A stretch of DNA of 35,763 bases from a virus (Duplodnaviria > Caudoviricetes). The position numbers and the translations under genes are program-made. The stretch covers positions 1 to 35,763 of IMG/VR virus record IMGVR_UViG_3300032239_000289, one strand, 5' to 3'. A model generated the notes under the pieces. That model had not been told where the DNA came from, did not search any database, and saw only the letters and a list, made by a program, of their open reading frames with translations. Positions 27,312 through 33,910 of the stretch are shown piece by piece; within the stretch, counting starts at the first letter, position 1; every line of letters starts with the position of its first letter.

Positions 27312-28025
27312 GTGGATCCACTCACTCTTCTTGCGGCTGCAAACGCGGCTGTTGCAGCAGTTAAAAAAGGCTGCCAACTTTATAAAGACATAAAGAACGC
27401 AGCAGGTGATGTAAACGACGTACTAAAAGATTTAAAAGAGCAGTTTCACAAGGTAGTAGACCCAACTCCTGCACAGAAGATGCAGTACAACGCTGAAGTC
27501 CAGCGTGTGCAAGAGATAGCTAAGGCTGACCCCAACGATGTGTACACCGAGATCGGTAATCAGTTGGGTATTTTGATGGACGCGTATGACGCGCTAAGCA
27601 AAGCATTATTGCAAGAAGAACTGTCAGGTAAGAAAGTTTATAAAGGGGAAGAAAGCATTGGACGTCGCGCTTTACGCCGCATAATAATTACGGCAAGATT
27701 AGACGCGATGCTTGTTGAAATCAGAGAGACTATGGTCTATCAAGCCCCCAAAGAGTTAGGTTCTTTGTGGAGTAAGTTTGAGACGATGTGGGAACGGATC
27801 GTCGCTGAACAAGAAGCAGCAAATGCCGAAGAACTTAGACAGGCTCAGATTGCAAAATGGCGACGGGAGCATATAAAAAGAAAAATAAAGGAACAACTGA
27901 CGTCGGTAATCGCGGTGCTGTTCATAATGTTGTGGTTTCTATGGGTAATGATACTAATAAGGACGAGTCACACGTACCGTGGTCTTTACTCATCGCCGTG
28001 GTGGTCTTGTGTTTTGTGCTCGTAA
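27312..28025 (+). CDS. Membrane-anchored helical protein in the lysis region
   Basis: GTG start; MDPLTLLA...; TM segment near the C-terminus. Confidence 0.75.
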   Translation: MDPLTLLAAANAAVAAVKKGCQLYKDIKNAAGDVNDVLKDLKEQFHKVVDPTPAQKMQYNAEVQRVQEIAKADPNDVYTEIGNQLGILMDAYDALSKALLQEELSGKKVYKGEESIGRRALRRIIITARLDAMLVEIRETMVYQAPKELGSLWSKFETMWERIVAEQEAANAEELRQAQIAKWRREHIKRKIKEQLTSVIAVLFIMLWFLWVMILIRTSHTYRGLYSSPWWSCVLCS

Positions 28026-28150
28026 TAGCGTTACCGATCATGGGTATCATGTACATGGATATGAACAACGCAACAGCTAGAGCGATGGAAGAAACAAAAA
28101 AGATGCGTGAATTACGCGCAAAGATATTAATGGAAATGCAGGGGGAATAA
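27857..28150 (+). CDS. Single-TM plus coiled-coil protein overlapping the previous gene (start uncertain)
   Basis: SLLIAVVVLCFVLVIALPIMGIMYM then a charged helix; TAATG coupling to the next gene. Confidence 0.65.
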   Translation: MATGAYKKKNKGTTDVGNRGAVHNVVVSMGNDTNKDESHVPWSLLIAVVVLCFVLVIALPIMGIMYMDMNNATARAMEETKKMRELRAKILMEMQGE

Positions 28151-28665
28151 TGCTTACCTTAGCTTCGTCACTATTATCGTTTTTGATGTCTGGTTTGCCC
28201 AACTTCATTAAGCTATTCCAAGACCGCGCCGACAAGGCCCATGAAGTCAAACTGGCGCAGATGCAAACAGAGCGTGAGATGCAGTTGCTCGCCGCCGGTT
28301 ACGCTGCCCAACAAAAGATCGAAGAGATCAAGCTAGACGAGATCAAGACGCAAACAGAGGCAGACACCAAGATGTCTGTCATTGACGCCCAAAAGGCCGA
28401 AATGCAAGCCCTTTACAACCATGATATTGAAATTGGAAAAGGTGCAGCGCAGTGGGTCGTTAACATCCGTGCGGCCACCCGCAGTCTTCTGACGCTGGGC
28501 TTTTACTTGCTGTTAGTGTTGATCGATATCGGCATCTTTATCCACGGCATGACCCATGACGCCTCGTTTAACGATATGGCTAACCAGCTATGGGATGAAG
28601 ACACGCGCATCATGTTCGCCGCGATCATCACGTTCCACTTTGGCGGCAGAGCGTTTGGCAAATGA
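28150..28665 (+). CDS. Holin-like membrane protein (3-TM gene-transfer-agent holin-like)
   Basis: WVVNIRAATR..LT, TM segments, C-terminal FHFGGRAFGK; directly before the endolysin. Confidence 0.65.
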   Translation: MLTLASSLLSFLMSGLPNFIKLFQDRADKAHEVKLAQMQTEREMQLLAAGYAAQQKIEEIKLDEIKTQTEADTKMSVIDAQKAEMQALYNHDIEIGKGAAQWVVNIRAATRSLLTLGFYLLLVLIDIGIFIHGMTHDASFNDMANQLWDEDTRIMFAAIITFHFGGRAFGK

Positions 28666-29141
28666 TTAGTAAACAAGCTTTGGCGATGATTAAACACCAT
28701 GAAGGTGTTCGATTTAAGCCTTACCGTTGCCCCGCCAAGCTGTGGACGATTGGCGTGGGGCATGTGATGTACCCTGAGTAGGGTAAATTAAAGCTAGAAG
28801 ACCGTATGTCGGTTCAGCTAAGACCGTCTGATTCCCGCATATTTACCCCAGAGGAAGTTGATGCCATACTTGCTAAAGACCTTGAGCGTTTTGTACGAGG
28901 CGTTCTTACCTACTGTCCTAACGCTGGCGCTCGCCAAGGCTGGCTGGACGCTCTTGTCAGCTTCAGTTTTAACGTCGGGCTTGGAACTCTACAGCGCAGC
29001 ACACTCCGACAAAAGCATAATCGCGGTGATGTCGAAGGTGCTGCTGATGAGCTTCTAAAGTATTGCAAAGCTGGCGGCAAAGTCTTAAAAGGACTTGAAA
29101 ACCGCCGCAAAGACGAACGCGCGCTTTACATGTCTGCGTAA
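28662..29141 (+). pseudogene. GH24 lysozyme (endolysin), 159 codons, interrupted by one in-frame TAG at 28779-28781
   Basis: HHEG...YRCPAKLWTIGVGH (E14-x8-C23-x5-T29) before the stop; ALVSFSFNVG.G and GLENRRKDE after it, same frame. Confidence 0.9.
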
Positions 29142-29338
29142 ACAACCGTATCTTGCTTGACGATCTGCTCGATTCCTTGCGCGCAACGCATACGAAATTC
29201 AGCCCACTTGTTTTGATACGCAGGGTCTTCTGTTGGCGGTGTCCAACCATGCTTGGCACGCCAGCGGATGGTGACATCCGTCGTTGACGGGGTGTATACG
29301 TAATGATCGCTTGGGGACATGTTGTTATAAATCTTCAT
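29126..29338 (-). CDS. Hypothetical protein (70 aa)
   Basis: AGGAG RBS; converges on and overlaps the endolysin end. Confidence 0.7.
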   Translation of the reverse strand: MKIYNNMSPSDHYVYTPSTTDVTIRWRAKHGWTPPTEDPAYQNKWAEFRMRCAQGIEQIVKQDTVVYADM

Positions 29339-29573
29339 CATTTCTCCTATCTTCATTTTTACGTCGGGCGCTAACTAATTTCTTATTTGCTAACGCTACT
29401 TCTTCTTTAGTATAGATTGATTTTGGCAAAGGGGGTGGCAAAAGGCTTAACCATACCTCGTTGGTGTACGCTGTTGCCTTGCAATCGTCGCACTTTCGCA
29501 ACCGTCTGACGCCGCCTGGCTGCTTTTGAGTCCATGTTACGTAGGTCTTGCCGCCGCACTCCTTACATTTCAT
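29325..29573 (-). CDS. Zinc-ribbon protein (NrdR-N/Ogr-like)
   Basis: MKCKECG...VRRLRKCDDCK...YTNE. Confidence 0.75.
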   Translation of the reverse strand: MKCKECGGKTYVTWTQKQPGGVRRLRKCDDCKATAYTNEVWLSLLPPPLPKSIYTKEEVALANKKLVSARRKNEDRRNDEDL

Positions 29574-29758
29574 CTAGCCCCCGCCAGAATCTCGTCTCGC
29601 TCACGGGCGTCGCGCAGCTTACAGTAGCGTTGATGCAGGCGAGTCAGATGGCTAGCCCTGCGATGCGTGGCCAACTCGACCTCGATCATGCGCATGACTT
29701 GCTTCTCGGTCATCTCCGAAATTTGCTCGTTTAATTTTGTCCAGTTCAAGTGTTGCAT
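29570..29758 (-). CDS. Hypothetical protein (62 aa)
   Basis: Coupled on both sides; RLHQRY..LR..RER. Confidence 0.8.
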   Translation of the reverse strand: MQHLNWTKLNEQISEMTEKQVMRMIEVELATHRRASHLTRLHQRYCKLRDARERDEILAGAR

Positions 29759-29904
29759 TAGTCATCCTTTCTATGTTCAGCTTCTAATTCGCGCAGATCG
29801 TTAGCGACGTCTGAGACGCCGTGCCAATCACTGCGGGCGATCATGACGTGCAGGTAGTCAATCAAAATCTCACGTTGCGTTTCGTACTTGGTAAAATCAG
29901 TCAT
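29758..29904 (-). CDS. Hypothetical protein (48 aa, MTDFTKYETQREILIDYLHVMIARSDWHGVSDVANDLRELEAE...)
   Basis: GAGG RBS; overlapping start/stop codons on both sides; not in the ORF track. Confidence 0.8.
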   Translation of the reverse strand: MTDFTKYETQREILIDYLHVMIARSDWHGVSDVANDLRELEAEHRKDD

Positions 29905-30062
29905 ATCAGTGCCTCTCCATGTGTCTCAGGGGTTGGTTTAGGTTCCTTGTGTTTTGCCTTCGTTACTAACTTCCATCCTTCTTGCAAAAATCGTTGCGCT
30001 TCGTGTCTATCCCAAAATTTGCGGAATAGTTTGTTATCTTCGTCATAAACTTCGTATCTCAT
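29901..30062 (-). CDS. Hypothetical protein (53 aa, MRYEVYDEDNKLFRKF...)
   Basis: ATGA overlaps on both sides; GGAG RBS; not in the ORF track. Confidence 0.75.
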   Translation of the reverse strand: MRYEVYDEDNKLFRKFWDRHEAQRFLQEGWKLVTKAKHKEPKPTPETHGEALI

Positions 30063-31396
30063 TTCAGCTCCTCCATTGCGATGTCTGAGATGGCTCGTTT
30101 ATCGTGTAGAGCTGCCCAGATTTTTTCATCAATTGTCTTTTCCGCCATAAGGACATAGACCCACACGTCCTGCGTTTGTCCGGAACGGTGCAGTCGCCCA
30201 ACCGTTTGCTCGTACAATTCCAATGACCACGGCAGCGACAGAAATACCATATGCCGCCCTCCGAACTGTAGATTGAGGCCGTGGCCCGCGCTCTTCGGGT
30301 GAACGGCCAAAAGCTCAATCTGCCCCGCATTCCATCTCTCAATCGCGCGATCATCGTCCAGCGTAACCACCGACGGATATCGCCGTTTAAGTTCCGCCAG
30401 CTCCTCCTGAAACTGATAAACCAGTATCGTGTTCGCGCGCTGATTTTCATTGAGTAAATCCTCCAATAGCTCAAACTTATGGTCACCGAACCACACCGCC
30501 GTTTTAGACGCTGTAAATACCCCTGGCGTAGCACTAGCCACGCGATCGCTATCGTACACAAAGCCAGACGCCATCTGCTGCAGTTTCATCGTCACTGCTG
30601 CAGCGTTGGCTGCTAACACTTGAGCGGTCGGAAACTGCACCACGAAATCTTTTTTCATCTTTTCATACGGCAATCGGTCTTGCATCTGGCAACGCATCTC
30701 GACCACATGGCATGGCGGCAACTTGTCCTTGTATTCGCCTGGCTCCAGTACAAACGTCGCAGGCTTAATGCGCTGCATAATTAACTGTAGCGCGCCAGGG
30801 CGTGGCATCCACTCTCCGAAGTCGCGGTTCATACATACAAAGTATTGTTGCAAGAATGCACCCTTAGCCCGTCCTAGCAGTTTCTCGTCCACGATCTTGC
30901 ACTGGCCAAACACGTCTTCAAGCCCGTTAGACGTAAACGATCCGGTCAAACCCCAGCGAATCTTAAATTGGTCAATCACCTTGGCTAACGCTTTGAATCT
31001 GGCGCCCGATGGATTTTTAAGCTTGGTCAGCTCGTCAAACACCACGGCATCAAACGACGACAGGTTCTGCTCAGCTAGCCATTGAATGTTGTCGTAGTTA
31101 GTGACCACTATCATGGCAGTTGAGCGCAGCGCATCGGATCGTTGCTTAGGTGTGCCGACTGCCACGACTAACGACGACTTTGCGGCCCACTTGGGTTGCT
31201 CGATTGGCCAAACGTCCGTGCACACGCGCTTGGGTGCCAACACAAGGAACCGTCTAGCCTCGCCGTCGTTTAGCATGCACTTCATAGCGGTTAGCGTGAT
31301 GGCCGTCTTGCCTGCGCCAACAGGTGCCAAGATCATCGCCCGATCACGCTCGTACAAGAAGTCAGCAGCTTCGTCTTGATACGGCCTAAGCTGCAT
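30059..31396 (-). CDS. SNF2-like SF2 helicase
   Basis: LRPYQ, APVGAGKT, VVFDEL, GLTGS, SAGHGLNLQ, QTVGRLHRSGQ; start moved to ATG 31396. Confidence 0.93.
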   Translation of the reverse strand: MQLRPYQDEAADFLYERDRAMILAPVGAGKTAITLTAMKCMLNDGEARRFLVLAPKRVCTDVWPIEQPKWAAKSSLVVAVGTPKQRSDALRSTAMIVVTNYDNIQWLAEQNLSSFDAVVFDELTKLKNPSGARFKALAKVIDQFKIRWGLTGSFTSNGLEDVFGQCKIVDEKLLGRAKGAFLQQYFVCMNRDFGEWMPRPGALQLIMQRIKPATFVLEPGEYKDKLPPCHVVEMRCQMQDRLPYEKMKKDFVVQFPTAQVLAANAAAVTMKLQQMASGFVYDSDRVASATPGVFTASKTAVWFGDHKFELLEDLLNENQRANTILVYQFQEELAELKRRYPSVVTLDDDRAIERWNAGQIELLAVHPKSAGHGLNLQFGGRHMVFLSLPWSLELYEQTVGRLHRSGQTQDVWVYVLMAEKTIDEKIWAALHDKRAISDIAMEELK

Positions 31397-31646
31397 CGAT
31401 GCCTCTTGCGCGGATAGCGTCAGCACATTCACCTATGCGATGTGCATTAAATGGACCAGCATAATAGTCACACACCTTCGCACACGCTTCGCGCTCTGCA
31501 GCTGCGACTAAAGCTGCAAACTTTTCTACGGTTTCTATATCAACATCTCTATACCCATGATTTATTTTGAATTGGTCAGCGTTATACAAAAACATGCCAA
31601 CTTCTTTTGCCATGCGGATAATGTCTTCTGTATTCAATCCACTCAT
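31386..31646 (-). CDS. Hypothetical phage protein
   Basis: DIIRMAKE...FAALVAAAEREACAKVCD...CADAIRARG; AAGGAG RBS. Confidence 0.8.
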   Translation of the reverse strand: MSGLNTEDIIRMAKEVGMFLYNADQFKINHGYRDVDIETVEKFAALVAAAEREACAKVCDYYAGPFNAHRIGECADAIRARGIDAA

Positions 31647-31896
31647 CAATCTTCTCCTTTGAATTTAATAACGCGTACTTCTGATGCAAGTCCAACACTG
31701 TGTCTCGAAAGATCACTTGTAGCGGTGACAGCTTGCCGCGTGGTGCTTTCAATTCGACAAACCACGTTGAGCCGTCTGGCATACACGCTAAGCGATCACT
31801 AACCCCGCGTTGTGTGGGAGACTTAAACTTGTACGTTCTGCCGCCCGCATGCTCGACAGCCCAGACAAAATAGTTTTCGATTTCGGATTCACGCAT
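31582..31896 (-). CDS. VRR-NUC domain nuclease
   Basis: MRESEIE...KFKSP..RGVSDR.......WFVELK...GKLSPLQ; start moved to ATG 31896. Confidence 0.9.
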   Translation of the reverse strand: MRESEIENYFVWAVEHAGGRTYKFKSPTQRGVSDRLACMPDGSTWFVELKAPRGKLSPLQVIFRDTVLDLHQKYALLNSKEKIDEWIEYRRHYPHGKRSWHVFV

Positions 31897-31902
31897 GTCC
31901 GA

Positions 31903-31952
31903 AGCATAAAACATTAAAAAGTATTTGACAAGAGCTTTTATTGCGGTAAGAT
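31903..31952. promoter_or_regulatory. Overlapping divergent sigma70 promoters
   Basis: Minus: TTGTCA-17-TATGCT. Plus: TTGACA-16-TAAGAT. The -35 boxes overlap at 31925-31931. Confidence 0.65.
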
Positions 31953-31983
31953 GATGGCTCGAACACTTCAATAAAGGACTCTA

Positions 31984-33105
31984 ATGAATCACTCTAATGT
32001 TGTCGGCGGATCAACCGCTAAGCGCGTCATCAACTGCCCTGCGTCAGTCAAGCTAGTGCAGCGCATGCCACCACAGGCAGAATCCGAACATGCAGCACGC
32101 GGCACGCTCCTGCACAACGTCATTGCTGAGCTGCTGGAGTTTGATAAAAAGCCAGAGCAGTGCATCGGCGCATCATACAAAGACCAAACACTCACACAGG
32201 AGTTAATCGATGAGAAGATTATTCCCGCTTTACAGGCACTCGATGAGATTGATCCAGATAAAACGATGGAGTACATGGTCGAAACCCGCGTTGGTTTTGG
32301 GGACTTTCTTCCTGGTGTTTTCGGTAGCACTGATCTGCTTGGCCGCCGTGATAACCGTGCATTCGTTATCGACTGGAAATTTGGCGACGGGGTGATGGTT
32401 GATGCAGTAGAGAATCCGCAACTGATGTTCTATGCTGCGGCAGCCATGCGAACCGAAGCAGCTAAATGGATATTTGATGGCGTTGATGAGATTGAGTGCA
32501 TCATCGTGCAGCCACCACAGATACGCCGTTGGGTGACTACGCCTAAACGTATTGCTGAGTTCGAGCAAGAGCTACTTTATGCAGTGCGTCTGTCGGACTA
32601 TCCTGATCCACCGATGACAACGGGTGAGCATTGCCGTTGGTGCACTGCAAAACCGATCTGTCCAATGATGACGGGCGCAGCAGACCGTGCGTTAAAAGTA
32701 ACGCTTGCTAACCTGCCGGTTGAGCAAATCAAGATGCAGCTTGAGCAGGCCGATATGCTTGAGGATTACATTAAAAATTTACGTGCGTTAGCGTTTGAAA
32801 TGTTGGAGAATGGTCAACCCGTGCCAGGTTTCAAGTTAGTCGCTAAGCGTGGTACGCGTCAGTGGGCGAATGAAGATGAAGTGGACGCGTGGATCGATGT
32901 TAATAAGATTGATGACGCGTATGAAAGCAAACTTCGCTCGCCTGCGCAGATGGAAAAAGTGCTCAAGAAATTGGGCAAAGAATTGCCGTCGGAGTTAGTT
33001 GTATCGATTTCGTCGGGCAGTACGTTGGCACCGGAATCAGACCCGAGGCCAGCGGTGTTACAAATCGGGAAGCAGTTAACTGCGGCCCTCTCTAAACTTC
33101 AATAA
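31984..33105 (+). CDS. DUF2800 / Cas4-like PD-(D/E)XK nuclease
   Basis: CP.S...ARGT.LH, FGSTD, VIDWKFG, NPQLMFYA, GEHCRWC..K..C, VPGFKLV. Confidence 0.9.
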   Translation: MNHSNVVGGSTAKRVINCPASVKLVQRMPPQAESEHAARGTLLHNVIAELLEFDKKPEQCIGASYKDQTLTQELIDEKIIPALQALDEIDPDKTMEYMVETRVGFGDFLPGVFGSTDLLGRRDNRAFVIDWKFGDGVMVDAVENPQLMFYAAAAMRTEAAKWIFDGVDEIECIIVQPPQIRRWVTTPKRIAEFEQELLYAVRLSDYPDPPMTTGEHCRWCTAKPICPMMTGAADRALKVTLANLPVEQIKMQLEQADMLEDYIKNLRALAFEMLENGQPVPGFKLVAKRGTRQWANEDEVDAWIDVNKIDDAYESKLRSPAQMEKVLKKLGKELPSELVVSISSGSTLAPESDPRPAVLQIGKQLTAALSKLQ

Positions 33106-33115
33106 GGAAACAATA

Positions 33116-33757
33116 ATGTCCAGTATAGTAACCTTCAAAGGTGCAAACCTTCCTTCTGTAACTTCCCTGTCAACCGCGTTGCGCACGTTGGATACCGAAG
33201 TCGGCCCAACCGGCTCAGTCATCCTGAAAATGGATAAGACCGGCCATTGGGTGTTTGGTGCAGATCAAACCGAAGTCGATGACGATTCCACATGGGCGAT
33301 CAATCCTTTCTCATTCATTCACGGATTCATTGCGTGGGGCGATGGCGAGGTGTTGGGCGAGAAGATGGTATCTGTCACCGAGCCGTTGCCTGAGATGGAG
33401 TCCGCTCCACCGAATGCAAAGAACGGATGGCAGCCACAAGTAGGCATGTCGTTGAAGTGCGTCGATGGTGCCGACAAGGACATGGAAGCGCGTTACCCCG
33501 TGACGTCTGTTGGCGGTAAGCGTGCAGTTCAGCAATTGGCTGTTGCGATTGCTGAGCAGGTTGAGAAGGATCAGAGCAAGCCGGTGCCGGTTGTGCGTCT
33601 TGGTAAAGACCACTATCAGCACAAGTCATACGGTCGCATCTACACGCCGGTCTTTGAGATCGTCGAGTGGGTGAGTATTGATGGCGAGCGCGAAGAGCCA
33701 AAAGCAGAAGCAGCACCAGTTGTTGAAGCTGCTCCTGCACGTCGTCGTCGCGGATAA
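33116..33757 (+). CDS. Probable single-stranded DNA-binding protein
   Basis: Lies between the DUF2800 gene and the polymerase; YQHKSYGRIYTPVFEIVEW. Confidence 0.6.
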   Translation: MSSIVTFKGANLPSVTSLSTALRTLDTEVGPTGSVILKMDKTGHWVFGADQTEVDDDSTWAINPFSFIHGFIAWGDGEVLGEKMVSVTEPLPEMESAPPNAKNGWQPQVGMSLKCVDGADKDMEARYPVTSVGGKRAVQQLAVAIAEQVEKDQSKPVPVVRLGKDHYQHKSYGRIYTPVFEIVEWVSIDGEREEPKAEAAPVVEAAPARRRRG

Positions 33758-33768
33758 GTAAAAAGTCG

Positions 33769-33900
33769 GCATGGGCCTACGTAGCATCGACACATGCGCC
33801 GGATAATCGTAACCGGCATTAATATACCTACGGGGAAAAGCGGATGCTGGGATAGTGGAAGCGGAGATGATTTACTACTACCTGATGCAGCGAGTACCCC
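33769..33900 (+). ncRNA. Candidate structured RNA elements in the SSB-polymerase intergenic region
   Basis: Hairpins GCATG/CATGC and GCCGG/CCGGC; long hairpin 33832-33900 with GAA/AGTA internal loop. Confidence 0.4.
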
Positions 33901-33910
33901 ACCTAATTTT

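Noticed and set aside
28779-28781. Genome-wide TAG-to-Gln recoding (genetic code 15)
   Set aside because: Only one internal TAG was found; other genes are intact under code 11 and TAG ends genes at 2785, 18951 and 31386
28806-29141. Stand-alone 111-aa lysozyme as given in the ORF track
   Set aside because: Lacks the catalytic residues and a good RBS; it is the 3' part of the gene starting at 28662
33758-33910. Suppressor tRNA or hammerhead ribozyme
   Set aside because: No cloverleaf or TTC-arm; CTGATGC is not the hammerhead CUGANGA core and lacks a properly placed GAAA
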